A stretch of DNA of 64,000 nt from Antedon mediterranea (Eukaryota; Animalia; Echinodermata). Shown here one piece after another: positions 1-13,850 of this stretch. The notes below the pieces were generated by a model that saw only the letters and a list, made by a program, of their open reading frames with translations, was not told where the DNA came from and did not search any database. The DNA lies in NCBI RefSeq assembly GCF_964355755.1, contig NC_092680.1, positions 7,936,001 to 8,000,000 on the forward strand, written 5' to 3'. The first letter of the stretch is position 1. Each line of letters begins with the position of its first letter. Both the position numbers and the translations under genes were made by a program.

Positions 1-1086
1 TTTAAATGTATCATATTCTTGAAATCAAATTTTCGTTTTTAGTGAAGATAAAATGAAGGAGATGATTTTTTTCAATTTTATCATATGCTTATTTTCAATA
101 TTTTCAGATTTAGGAATTATTGTGCATCTCAATTATGATTCAACTTTATTTTGGTTAAACGCTTTTTATAGCTTACGTTAATAAGTAATTTTCTGTTCCA
201 TGCTAGGAAATTACCAGCATTTAGTATAAGTACAGTATCTTTTGTATGTTATGACCTCCCGTCAATGAAATATTTGTGGTATTATGCATTTTTAAAAAAT
301 GTAAAAAATTAATCGATACATTGCTTTAATGAAGACACGTACAAAAAAAGATGAATGTTCATGTTGTTGTAACCGAATGTATTTAAATAACTGATTCTTA
401 TATTCGTCAGGTTTGATATACCACGTGATTTTACGGTATTATGCCTTCTGCATATATATACCTGTAGTAAATCAAGTTCAAATCTTAAATACAATACCTT
501 TAATGATTTCCATGATGATATTATTAATATAAGATAAGATAGGATAATTTTTATTGGTCAATCATAAAATATGTTGGAAATTCATTTTCCTAATGGCGTA
601 CACATACAAAAATACATATACAAATTAAAAATATAATATATATAAAAAGAAAACATATACTTAAAAATAGACGAACTGGATTATTATTCATTAAAACATT
701 TAAAAAAAATAATGTATATATTACTATTAATTATTACTGTATATTAAAATCAATCAATTTAAATGTTAGATTTTCCCTAAATTTCCGTACCTTATATTAT
801 AATTCTCCATTATTTTTTGTTGTAGATGACGTCATTCACGATCTATATTATATCTATACAGAACCATGAAGCCTTTGTTATGCTAATTGGTAAAAGAAAT
901 CAACAAAAGTCGGCTTTAATAGTTCAATAGGCAACTATTGACGGCAAACCAGGTACAACCGTCACCTTTAGTCGTTTTTAAATGACATAAGGAGTAGGCC
1001 TAACAGTTTGGATCTTCGTTTTTGGAAACCAAAGCCTTGGGGAAGGCATTTTAACCCCTAGGCATCTTACTGGAAGAATATTCAAG

Positions 1087-4000
1087 ATGACGGAGATTAC
1101 GGTAGACGACGGGGAAATACGTAAGTTGTACATTTTCCGTCGGATTTACCGAGCAGGAATTTCCGGTCTGTATGCCTTTAACAGACGTACACGTAACAAG
1201 GCTCCATGTAGGCCTACTCTATCTGTATGATTGTATTATTGTGTGTCCAGCACTATAATATTATATCATATTATTATATTAAAATATTGGTTTATCTATT
1301 AACCAATGTCACTAAAAGGAATTCCACTAAAACAGCCTTCAACATAGATATTATGCTTAGGTGCAGTTGGGCCATTCATTTATTAAGACTCTCAGAACGG
1401 CCAAGAGCATGGTCAGTTAGACCCTATTTTAATGACATGGTGGTCTTAGAATGGAGGATGTAGGCATACCAGAAAATTACCACATCGTATTAGAGTCGAG
1501 AAAACAAAAATCAAAACCTTATTGCAATAATAGCACATCATTTTTAAACCACACTGCAAAAAAATGTTATGGGCTCATAAAAATAATTTACAATAGAGTA
1601 AAATAATTATTTTAATATTATTCTGCTTTATATTATCATGCTTATATTTTAATTTGTTTTAAATTAGTTTTATTAGATAACCAGAGAAGAGTAAAATTAC
1701 AGTAATTTCACAATTCCCTTGAGTAATTTTTAAACAATTTAAAAATGAATGTTCATGCGTATTCAGCGAAGAGTGAAATTACAATAATTTCACTATATAA
1801 GTTCATACATTACTTGGTATAGCCTTATAAAAGAAACCTATGACTTTTTGATGAATTCATTAATCATCGCTATTACCCGATTCAATGAATGGAACATTAC
1901 CTAATGATCTTTACTAATTGTGCCAGTTTAGTGTTGGCTGTATGCAATTTGTCAGATATAATATGTAAAAAGAACATCGCCTTTTTTAATCCAATATGAA
2001 ATTGTTGATCATTGAATGAAGAATATTTAGGGTTTCGTGTGATCCAGTACATGTTCATATATTTTCCACGTATACAAACTTTCTACGTAAACACAATGAT
2101 TACGAAGTACTACGGACTGTATGCTATGTACGTTATATTGATCAATTAATTAAATTGTTAGATTATAGTTGTGGTAGCATAACGTTGTTAATTTACAATC
2201 GAATTGCTCTTGCTGTCAATATTGTAGGTGTTAAACGATAATGATATTCATAAGCAATCGATTGACAATGTGTTTTTTGTTCTAATGATACACGTTGAAT
2301 ATTAAATAAATTTAATCTTAGAATATCTATGTTATACACGATTGAAGTTACACGCGATTTACTGAAATTTGCCTTGACTGTAGGCCTACGTAAATGTATG
2401 AATAATTAAAGCGTAAATGTATTTATAATAATGTTTACAAATACAAAATGATAGTATTATATTTTTAGATGTTACTGTGTTATTGATTTTATGCACTTAA
2501 GCCTATTATAGTTGGCCTACTGTGTCTAATTATTATAGTGGGCCTACTGATAGCCTTACTGTGTCTTATTATAGTGGGCCTACTGATAGCCTTACTGTGT
2601 CTTGTGTGACGTTATTTTGTACATTTTTACTAGGGAATTGTCAAATTTCTAATTCGATATTTTCTCCATGGTTATACTGTATTGCTGCAGTATGGAACAG
2701 ACCACTGGTAATGCATTGCCTATTATCTGGACGCGGGTCTGCCATGGACACTCACCAAGTTCTAGTGGGGAGTTCGATTTCTGCTGTCCCCCAACTCACC
2801 GTTTCAACTTTTTGAAAGTCAATTTAAGAGTGTGAATCCCTCATGTTAAATTTTAATTTTTGTTAACGTAAGCTCTTTTGATGTATCTGTTTTTTAGATA
2901 TAAGGTGCTTTGTTATATCGCTAGATATGGAATTATTGTTGTTATTTTTATTACCGTACATCTCCCTATTAATATATAATTTTATTGTAGGCCTATCTCA
3001 TTGTTTCATCGGTATCTTTCTGCGCTATGACACGGTACTATTTTGTATGCGACGGGTTTAAGTGCGTGGAGGTAAACACACAACTCACGTACCCTCATTT
3101 TTCTACAGTACAGACCATGAATAATATATTATCGATATCAATACATATTTGCTTACTGAAAACGCGGACAACAAACCAAATAATAGGTGTTAATAACAGT
3201 GTAGTGAGTCATTGAGAAATATGGGTACATGCTGTTAGGATCCTTGAACGATACTGACACAGTATATTAAGTAAGTTGCAATGTTTTAAAAAAGATATGG
3301 ATTAAACATTATGGCGGATATTTATCGTAAAATTTCTTTACCAGTTTTGTACAGTGAACGGGAGCTACACGAGGCAGCAAAACATGGAGATTTGGAGAAG
3401 GTTGAATCGCTCGTTAGCAAGGGTGTTAATGTTAACGCTATGGACGAGGTAAGAGTGATTGTAGTAGGCCCACTCGAGTTTTCATCTTTATTGAAGGAAC
3501 GGATGATATAAAAAACATTACACTATGTCTAAACATGGGGGAATATAAGTATTATGTTGGCAAATCACGTTTCGAGCAGATTGTATGGTATTTTAAGTTG
3601 ATCCATCAAATTTCTTAAGAATACACATGGATTTATAACTCCGTGGAATACACTCTTATTTAAGCCAGGGCATGTTGGTATTTTCAATAGTTTCGGTTCC
3701 ACATCACCATAGATTCATGAACAAATTCCGTTTGTATCTTCTTTATGCAAACATGAATTGTTAATTATACGCTGAAGTTGTCATTGTTGAGTTGAGATTG
3801 TGTGAACAGTTTTACGATGATTATTTTTACAGAAAGACAGAATAGCATTACATCTTGCTGCGGGACAGGGTCATGATGAAGTAGTTCTATTTTTACTTGA
3901 TAATGATGCAAAAGTTGACTGGCCAGATAAGGTAAGACAAATATGCTGTTCGCATTTATTGTAGTGTATGATATTATGTATTTAACTTATTTCAAATCGT

Positions 4001-7000
4001 CACTGATTTCCAACGTGTTTCTTGTTTCTCATAATTTACATGATCAAGAGCAAATAATAATGATCTTTACAAAATTACATTCATATTTTTAATCATTTTT
4101 GCATGGAGAGCTTTAAATATTATTTTGATGTCATTATTTCATTTGTGTGCAATTTTAACAACACAATACAAGTACTAAGATATATACTAAACTAATAATT
4201 TCACTAAATATAACTAGTAACTTATTTCTTATTAAAATAATAAATGATTCATTAATCCAATAAAAATAATTCAATTTTTAACATTTGTTTTTCTAGTATG
4301 GAATGAACGCGTTACTTTGGGCAGCGTGGTTTGGACACCACAAGGTACTTGATGCTCTGTCAAAAGCCAATGTCACTGTTAAATGCGAAAATAAGGTAGG
4401 CTACTTGTAAACGATATATTTTTATTTATATAAAAAAAGGTAACGAATTCCTAAATGTAGCACTGAATAATTTATGTTGTTATTATATTAATGTTATGTT
4501 ATGTTATTGTTATTACTATACTGTATCACAAGAAGACGTCTTGTTTTTTAAAGGAGCTTTAACATTTGAAAGTTTATCAGGTAAATTGATTTGTTCTTCG
4601 TGAAAAACACTGTTAAATACTTACAGCTTGGATTGAACATCCTCCATTGTGCTGCAATGCGAGGAAATATAGAGGTAATGAAATACATAGTTGAAAACCT
4701 TATCGATGAAGACGCCGAAGAAGACGAAGAAGCAGCAAGTGACACTGTTGCACTAGATTCAACGCAAGACAATAAGGTATAATATAGAAACTAATGTGAC
4801 TTCAAATCAATGGGTTTTTGCGCGTCTGGCGTTCCATAAGTTTTCGTCAGACACTATTTTTTACTATACGGTACCTCTTTTGAAAAAGGGTACCAGTTTA
4901 CTGTTTATATGGAAAACGAGAATATATTCTATTCTTTTCTCCAGAGAATCTTGATATCAACTTTTAACCTTTTAAGCCATCGCTTGTGATTGGTCAATTC
5001 ATTTGCGTTGCGTTACGTCCTTGCGTTGCGTCGCTAGTGGGAACCACGCTTAAGAAAGGTTTTTTATTCGTTGTGGGAGGTAATGTAGATAAAATAATGG
5101 GATCTAGTTGGCCATGCTTGAGCTAAATACTTTAGGCCTACACAATTACTGTACAATTACAAACATTGTTGTAATGTTATTTATTCCTACTTTGACACTC
5201 GTTATACTTTTGTTTGAAAATTCAATTTACGTTAATTGATGTCATCGTTCTTACTTGGTGGTGTTCTTTTTATCCATCTACTCTTGTTTACAGCAGGATA
5301 TACTGTTTGTTTCCAATGTGTAATGTATTTTGTAATTATTCTATTAAGCTATCAGGTATGTTCGGAAGATTCAAAAGTGGCGTTTCATTATTGTCGGATA
5401 TATCGATTGTTAAGAAAGACGAGACACCAAAAGTTAGAGACGATTCATCTCAGTTTGAGAAACGAACTGTTCATTTAGAGGTAGATAATAGAATGTTGGT
5501 ACATCGAGTCGCAATATTATATTATTAGCTGCTAATTGTTGTTATCTAACGTTTTTATTGTGGTAGAAGCTTTACTAACTCTCACAGAGCTTTGTTTTGT
5601 TTATAAATTTTAGGTAAATCTAAAACTAAACATTTTTCCCGATTTTGTTATTTTCAAGACAGGACCACAATGCAAAAAAAAAGGATTCTTTTACCTTATT
5701 GTGTAATTTTGTATAAAGATGTTGTTAAATAAAAAAAAACTTGTAATAATGATAGTATCCAATTTGCTATTGATATACGTACATACACTATACAGCAAAT
5801 AGAAGTCGAGTGGCCGAGTGGTTAAGGCATGATTAAGGCGTCGCAACCGTAGGCCTAACCATCAAGTTCAGATAACTCTGGACCATTAGTTCTGGTTATA
5901 GAACAAGTCTTTTCTTCTGGTGATCCAATGTGAATAACCAGATACATCTTTTGAAAGAGTAGAGAGTTTCCTTGGTGTACTGGTCCATCACGTTAATTTG
6001 GGCAGGTGCTGCACTGATGTTGGTTCGTAGGGTCCAATCCGAATTTTCTCAGTTTCTCATTGATCTTGAGGACGATTTAATACATTTACATATAGGCCTA
6101 CTGTAAACTCACCACCGCAGTCGTACAATGTATTTGTCATGATTATTCATTAATGGTTAACAGCATTGTCATTTTTTTATAATTATTATCTATTATGAGT
6201 TTTTCAGTAAAATCTATTCAATATAAATTAACATTTCCAAGTTTTAGCTTGTCTTACAAGGACTCAATCAAAGTAGCAATCTAAAAATATAAACTTTAAT
6301 GATTAAAACTGAAATATAATAAAACAAACAAAAATTGATACAAAGCAATAGAAAGCAATCATCATTTATGAATAATGCGCCACCATATTGGTTATTTGAA
6401 ATAACACCGATAGTTATGAACGTATTGTGCTTTAAAATGTATTGTGTGGTTTTTTATTATTGTCATCCGATTCTCTGTGATCTCCACATATGACATCATA
6501 TATCCAGATCATAGGTAGGCAAATTATGTAATACAGTGTAACACAAGCATCACATGTGGCGCCTGTATTATGTGATGGTTATGATGGAGGTGTCACGAAA
6601 TACAGTGTATCAACCTAGCCTATAACTGTACACATTATTATTATATATATACAGTACGAAAATAATTCTGCTATTATTGTCCAGAGTCCAGAATTGGCAA
6701 AGGAGCACATTGTATGGCATGCTGATCAGCAGAGCAGAAATGTTTGGCACACGTCTGTTACGTCACTGTTGCATAATGGTTGTGGCTATTAACATTTAAG
6801 GTTGTCCATTAAAATAGTCGTAACATTATAAATATGTAACTGTATCTTAATTGGTAAACAATTACAGTTTCAGAATGTATGTTAAATGTCATACTGCTAT
6901 TCAGTTTATTATACTCCGTCATAGCGTGTTCATTGTATTGTAGACTATCTTTAATTTTTAAATAACTATTAACGTAGCAATTTGTAAAGCTTGGTTCCCA

Positions 7001-10000
7001 CTTGGACACAACGTAAGGACGTAAGCCTGTAGTAAGTATTTTGACCAATCACAATGTGATGGATCATCTAACTGTCGCTTGTGATTGGTCAACTCACTTG
7101 CGTCCGTTGCGTGCGTCCAATTTGAAACCGAGTTTGTAATATTCTTGTTTTTTGGTCTTCTTTATGTGTTCTTGGCAAAAGAAAAAAATAAACTAATTTT
7201 ACTAATATAACTTCTGTATATATATATTCATACTAATCTGTGATATTCTACAATTTGTTTATATTTCTAAAACTGTTCATGAGTTAAAGTATTTAGATCT
7301 TTCACATGAAATACTATCTTTAAATACTGTGGAGTTTTGAAACTCATGTTTTATTTTTATTAATACACAATTTCAATATGACAGGGAAAGAAGACGCCGT
7401 TCCATTTGGCTGCTGAAAATGGATGCACTGAGGTACTGCAATATTTGATAATACAGAGGTGTAAAAAGTTTGCACGAACCGAGGTTTGTTTTATTATTAC
7501 TTAGGCCTACTGGTTGACAAATATTGCATAACAACCCTTGCAATATCGCCTAGCTCCCTGTAGTACCAAATGTACAAGACGGCGCGGCTTTAATGACCAT
7601 TACGCAGTGTTCTCCCAGTATAGAAATCAACTCCACAAAATCAAAGCGTAGTGCCGAATCTTAGTCTGTATAATATACATCATTTTGCCTCTATTGCTCT
7701 TGACAAATGTTTACCTCCAAGGGTGCTTATTTTATATTTGCTTACACTATTTTTAATACCTATTTGAGCCAATTTATTCCGGTAAATCTTGCTGTAAAAA
7801 AAATCTGCTTCGAAAGAACGCTATTCTGGCGCTTCATTGTAAAATGTTGTTGTCAATTTTCAAAACAATTAATTAATGAATAAAACAGAATTATCTCTTA
7901 TTACCTATATAGTGTACAGAGATTACTGTAATCCATTGGCTTTATAATGAACATGTTTATGGTAATGTTACTTTATATAGTAGGTGTTAGGCCTATATTG
8001 ATTGTCCCATGATAAATATGTATAGATTAAATGTAAATATAAATGAACTTTGACTGTTTGTCATGCAAGTCGGTTACAATTTTTATTATAACTATAAGTA
8101 ATATTGACGCTTTCATTAGCCACTAATCCGTCTCTGTCCTTTCAATTCCAAACAAATAATTGTCAATCTGCTGAAACACATAGGAATAATTGACCCTTGC
8201 GTCAACGAAAAGTAGTTTCAGTGCAACGACGAAAAGTTGTTCATGTGCACAACGAAAACAATTGTCTCTGTCTAACAATAACAAGTAGTTTATATGCGTA
8301 ACAAAAACAAATTTCTCTGTAAAAACAACAAGTATTTTATTTCCGAAACGAAACCACATTTCTCTGTGTAACATTAACAGCGAGAAGTAGTTTATCTGCA
8401 CAACAACAAAAAAGGTTATATAGTTTCTCTGAGCAAAGGTGGTTTCTCTGTGCAATGAAAAGTTATCTGTGCAAGTTTTTCTAAAGCTTGGTTCCCACTA
8501 GGACGCAACACAAGGACGTATGCGCAACGCAAGGACGTACGTAGGCGCAACTCAAGTACGTAATTGGTCAACTCGCCTGCGTTGCGCTTACGTGCTTGCG
8601 TTGCGTCCCAGTGAGAACCAAGCGTTAAATGTAAGAGTAGGTTCATAGCACCGTTACTGAATTACTTGAATTTCCATTTCAGGACGGGTGCTTAGCTATA
8701 CAGCTTGCAGCGAAGGGTGGTCACGTTGATGCCGTCAAATTACTTATTGAAAATGAGTTGGAAGTAGATTGTAGAAATGTGGTACGTCGATATCTTGAAT
8801 TAGGCCTACTTAATATGTAAACATAACAACAAACAATAACAATAATAATAATAATAATGCATTGATGGTTAATGAGGATAAGATAATGATGAGAGTAACG
8901 ACAATGAGTATATTGAGATGTTGATATCTATATATTTAATTTATATTGATTGTATTTCTTAAGTGAGTACAATGATGATGATGATATAACGACAATAATG
9001 ATTGTTTGTTTATAATTATAAAATACTAAAGGTCGGTACTAATAATTATTCTGATTTTTATTTGATAAAAATGTTAATTATTTATTCTTAGCTATTTTAA
9101 TGTAAAAAACCAAAATATTTGGTTTTTTTTGTTGCTATTACATACATGTAACATTGTGAGTTTTTATATAGTAAAAAATAAATTGATTGAAGACATTTTC
9201 TTTTTTAGGAAGGAAAAACAGCTCTTCATTTTGCAGCCGAGGAAGGTCATCCAGAAGTCGTTGATCTATTACTACAAAGCAATGCTGAAATAAATGCCAA
9301 ATCAAACGTAAGAGTTTATTCACACTAAACAGCCTATTAGTAGTCTATTAATATGTCCATGATGTTTTTACATTCCGTAATAGTACATTATTACAGCATT
9401 CTCCAGTTAATGTCCGAGCCATGACCAGCATTTGACCTACTCGAATAGCCTAGTTATAGGTAATTTACAACAAAGCACAAACACACAGAATCTGTTAAAT
9501 GAATATTAATAGCAGCTTTACCCTTTTACAAAATAAATAAAAATAACTCAATCTAAATGAACGACAACAGACTTAAGGCCCATTTACACTAGGGCGATAA
9601 CGATCGACGATAAAAGATAAATATGCATTTTTCATACCTAAAACAAAAGAATTTTAAAAAGTTTTCATCCTAGAACTATGCTGTCTTTGATGAAAATACT
9701 ATTTCCACACGTCCAATTAATCATGATTAGTAAGAGCAATAATATCGTTACAATACAACTTTTTTTATTGATCGTGACGTCATTTGATTGGATTTAAAAA
9801 GAATATTATTTTTATCAAAATAATATGGCATAAATGATTATCTTAAAGTTCTAGAACGAAAATGGTTCTAATTTCTTTTGTTTTATCCACGAAAAATGTT
9901 GATTATCGTCGATCGTTATCGCCCTAGTGTAAATGGGCCTTTAATCAGATTAACACAACATTGTTATAATAAAATAGCAACTACTGTAGTGTGTTCAATT

Positions 10001-13000
10001 TAGTAAATCATAGACAAAATATTCAGCTCTTGTTGTTATGGTAATTAGATTGACGTTTAAAAAGCGCTAAATTAGCATTACTCATAATTATATTTGCGTA
10101 TTTGATGAATTATTTATTTCTACTTTTTTATAGTTATTTTTAAAATTATCAATCCGTATAATTGTTCTTGAGTTGACTCGACTGTATAACACTATGTAGC
10201 TTTCAATTTGGGATGACCTGTGACCTTGCAACAAGTTAGGTCATGTCTATCGATGTTTCGTCGGTCGTCGCCTGCACGCGTAATTTTTTTTTCCAGGACG
10301 AACGTGGGCAGAAATCATGAATAATTCCGCCTGCACCTAGAAATCCCGAAAGCGCCCTAATATACAATTTTTTTAAATTATTTTTTTTCTTTTTCTTTTT
10401 GTATGAACACAGGAAAAAACTGTAAGTATATAAATGGATATTCATTTTAAATTGAATTTAAATACAAATCAATTTTAAAATCCAATTTAGCTTTGACAGT
10501 TGGTTAATTGTAGGCAATTTGTAGGGCCTATATGTTTCCAAGGCTATCAAATTTGATGTTTCTAATAATACTAATAAATGTGTGATTAGGCAATTGCCAT
10601 GACATTATATCTGTTTATGATAGATGGAAATGTGTGCTATTCATTTTGCTGCGCTCAACGAACACGTTGAAGTTATTGGAGTTCTGGCAAAACACACTTG
10701 TCGAATAAATATACGAAACATGGTAAGTGTCTCAAAGCTTCTACTAAAAATGTTTATGTTGTATCGTTATTTTGATGTTACATACAATATGTCAATACAC
10801 TTTTGATACTACGAATCAATGGTTGGTTGTTATCTGTTGTTTGTCTCCTTAAAAAGAGTTCCTCCTTAAAAAGAGTGCCTTTTAAAGAGGAGTATCTCAG
10901 GGGATAGGTTTTACTGTATTACCGAACATTGTATTCAATTACTATATCATCTTCGATTCTTTTAGCCCGGTAACACAGCTTTACATATGTGCGCACTGCT
11001 AGAAAAGATGAAGTCATTGAAATCACTTCTTGATTGGGGTTGTGCAGTTAACGCGATTAATAAGGTAAAACTAAATAATAATCAAGATTTCTAATAAAGA
11101 ATTGACGTGTAGTTTTTGATTTGCGACCACTGACGCCCTCGGACTTGCGCATGGATGGGCAGTTCCCGCATGCGCACAATTAATTAAAATGACCGAACTC
11201 GTTCTCAGGTCATCGGTTGTCGCAAATCAAAAACTACACGTCAATTCTTCAATTGATCCAATCTTGACTTTCAATTGATCCAAACTTGACCTTCAATTGA
11301 TCCAATCTTGACTTACTCATACAAAAGAATTACTTGTTTTTTTCGTCTTTGTAGAAAAAGCGCACAGCTTTGCACGAAGCGACTGAAAACAATGTACCTA
11401 GCGTGGTAGAGATGCTGCTATTATATGGCGCTGATGTTGCTCTGGCAGACAAAGTAAGATTTTATATTTTTATATATCAAAATAAATTTAACCGAATATT
11501 CTAGGAAGGCCTTGTGCTGAGATCTATTATTGTAATAATGTTAAGATAAACAAATGCTTGCGAACAGTAAAGGTGTGATATTTTGTACAACATTCTAAAC
11601 TCTCTCATGATATATATTATAACAGCTGTTTCAGATAGTTTCGTTTTATTGGTTTGTATAACCCATAGTATCATCGAAGATAAAGCATGTTTAACAGAGA
11701 CGTATGTTTCACGCTATTTGAACATTCCGAACATTTTTATACTGATCAAGCTAGTTCTTTTACTCCTTCTTGAAAATATTCTCCATTCCAATTTTGTATA
11801 CAGGCCTCTAAATATTTGTGTGAGCTTCCAACGTAAATTGTTTAATATGTGTGCTTTTAAATGCATTGTTAATATTGATACTATACTGAACTACTTTTGA
11901 AATCATTTTTCGTATAGCAAAAATCAATACGCATGACTAAACGCCAAAGATTTATTTAATAACAGGATTATTAAAAATGTTCTTTTTAGAGCGGTAAGAC
12001 ACCTATTAGCATCGCAGCACGTGCCGACAACGTCACTATTGTAGACATGCTTATAAAGGCTGAACGTTACATGAAAAAGAAGGTAAGTATATTTGTATTT
12101 GTGCAAAGGAGAAAATTTAAATGGTTAAACTTACCAGCCATTTTGGGACACTGTTTGGCATGGCCTGTATACACTGTAGGCCTACATAATATTTTATACT
12201 GTAATTTTCACCAAAACCTTTATATGTTGGTGTTTGTTTTATTTCGAATCAATATACTGTACATTTAGATTAACTAGAATAAAAAAACAATTTTATTCAC
12301 GACGATACAATAATTCTCATTCTAACAGAAGAATTAATTTTCATTATGTAAAATTTTGTGTGACGATATAGAGGGCGGCCTTTATATACATGTTTTTAGT
12401 AAATGCAAGGCTCATCAATGTGCATTATAATTTCATCTTTAACATATAATACATAAATTTGAGTTATGCCACATTATGTATCAACATATTCATTAAAACT
12501 GTATGTATCAATTGTTAGAAAGATGCTGAAGAAAATGGAGGTGTTCCTCCTAAACCCGTTACACAATTTCGCAAAGATACGTCAGAGCAAAATAAGCAAA
12601 TGAAGCCAATAATTTGGTCGTTAGCGACAGAAAATTTCAAACAAAACGACTGGAAGAAGCTAGCGTTCCATTGGGGATTCACAGAAGCACACGTTAAAGC
12701 TATTGGACAGCAACATACTGGTAAATTTGTACATTAAATTAGGCCTAAAGTTTTTTTTTTCTTTAGTATTTATGTTGAATATATCATATTAGATATAATG
12801 TTGGTGAATGCGAGTTACAGAATAGCTTATCTTCATGTTTGTCGAACAAAATCCGTTAATGGGTATTTACTGTGTAGTTCTTGAACATTGATTACTATTT
12901 TTTTATGGTTCAGGTCAAACAAGCTGGAAAGAGCACACTTACCGTATGCTTCTTATTTGGTTACATGGGTGCCAGGAACACCCTCTTCGTGAGCTATTTG

Positions 13001-13458
13001 AGGCGTTAAGCGAAATTGGAAAAGTCAAACTCGCAGGTAAGTTACAACAATGGTAGTATTGTTATGACAATAGTTATAAATATAGGTCCTTGTCCGAGAA
13101 GCTCTCCACTTTTTTGGAAAGATTTGACATGTGTCATTACATACATGGATATTTGTATTTGAGTGCCACTAACGTAGTTTATCGGTGCATTACATAATAC
13201 TGACATTGTATTGTTAGCCTATTGTTACGGTTATTTTTTATTTTGTTTTGCTTTTGCGGCGTCGTGTATACACGCGGTCCCTCCGCCGGACAAATCTATA
13301 CGACATCACTGAAACTACAATACAAACCTATTACAAAACGTAGTATACAATAGATATATATGTAAATGTTTTTATGTTTTCATTTTACAGAAAAGATTCG
13401 CAAACAGGCTAACAAGAATGCAGGGTATGCGGACAATACTATGTGTCTTATATCTTAG
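1087..13458 (+). CDS. ANKDD1A: Ankyrin repeat and death domain-containing protein 1A-like (spliced, 15-16 coding exons)
   Basis: Phase-compatible GT-AG exons: 1087-1120, 3345-3448, 3833-3931, 4297-4395, 4627-4776, (5349-5480 optional), 7385-7483, 8683-8781, 9209-9307, 10624-10722, 10966-11064, 11355-11453, 11990-12082, 12519-12720, 12914-13036, 13391-13458. Most are 99-nt, one-ankyrin-repeat exons (e.g. YGMNALLWAAWFGH, EGKTALHFAAEEGH). The death domain [42 protein letters not shown] matches vertebrate ANKDD1A/B as I recall it. Ends ...TMCLIS*. Confidence 0.92.
2505..2603. repeat. Short tandem repeat, ~36-bp unit, ~2.5 copies
   Basis: ttattatagtgggcctactgatagccttactgtgtc repeated; accounts for the spurious 2522-2815 ORF. 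Confidence 0.8.
5805..6080 (+). mobile_element. Degenerate tRNA-derived SINE (A-box head, Deu/Nin-like core)
   Basis: Starts gtcgagtggccgagtggttaaggc (tRNA-Ser/Leu-like A box) with no full cloverleaf. Core acatcttttgaaagagtagagagtttccttggtgtactgg resembles 13745-13795. Confidence 0.55.
8150..8480. repeat. Degenerate intronic tandem repeat
   Basis: Recurring aacgaaaa/aacaaaaa...tttctctgt...aacaagtagtttat motifs. Confidence 0.55.
8485..8625. mobile_element. MITE, PIF/Harbinger (Tourist)-like family A
   Basis: TIRs agcttggttcccact...agtgagaaccaagc with TAA/TTA flanks. Partial copies at ~4975-5052, 6987-7130 and 59218-59275 share the gacgcaacgcaagg and gcttgtgattggtc motifs. Confidence 0.75.
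9576..9940. mobile_element. MITE, PIF/Harbinger (Tourist)-like, intact
   Basis: Perfect ~37-bp TIR aggcccatttacactagggcgataacgatcgacgataa / ttatcgtcgatcgttatcgccctagtgtaaatgggcct; TTA target duplication at 9573-9575 and 9941-9943. Confidence 0.9.
11097..11249. mobile_element. Palindromic MITE-like element, followed by three ~21-bp tandem copies (to ~11312)
   Basis: aagaattgacgtgtagtttttgatttgcgac ... gtcgcaaatcaaaaactacacgtcaattctt (~31-bp perfect inverted repeat), then ttcaattgatccaatcttgac x3. Confidence 0.8.
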
Positions 13459-13689
13459 CATAAGAAGTACCAGTGATTTCATAATACACGATTCACAGTT
13501 ACAGATATATCTTACAAAATGTAAATTATTTTTACTTCGCTACGAACGTGTGAAATCGTTTCCGGAAAGCTTGTTCAGTTCCACGGAACGGAAGACGACG
13601 TCGTTCAATTCTGTATATAATTTTCCATTATTTAACAACCTGGCACCGTCTTTCGTTTAAATGAAGCTTTACATTGAGATAAATCTAGC

Positions 13690-13850
13690 TTGGAACAAGT
13701 CGGTAATATGTTCGGAGTTCATCTGGCTCATGTGCATTTTAAAGAACCTATTACATCTTTCGAGATGAGTAGGGGTTACCTCTGTGTACTAGTACATCAT
13801 AGCCACTGATCATAACTGCACCCTCTGGGAGACCAGTATAAATAAATAAT
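13690..13850 (+). mobile_element. SINE remnant with Deu/Nin-like core in the ANKDD1A 3' UTR region
   Basis: taaagaacctattacatctttcgagatgagtaggggttacctctgtgtactag resembles the conserved core of DeuSINE/Nin-domain SINEs (from memory) and the copy at ~5940; followed by an A-rich tail. Confidence 0.5.

Noticed and set aside
3311-3344. ATG at 3311 as the ANKDD1A start
   Set aside because: A good acceptor at 3344 joins in phase with exon 1087-1120 and gives an N-terminus of the expected length; 3311 is probably intronic, though an alternative start cannot be excluded.
5805-5900. tRNA-Ser/Leu gene
   Set aside because: Only the A-box/D-arm portion matches; no T-arm or acceptor stem, so it is treated as a SINE head.
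6685-6792. Possible extra ANKDD1A exon (SPELAKEHIVWHADQQSRN...)
   Set aside because: Weak acceptor, no convincing donor and no ankyrin similarity; not needed for the reading frame.
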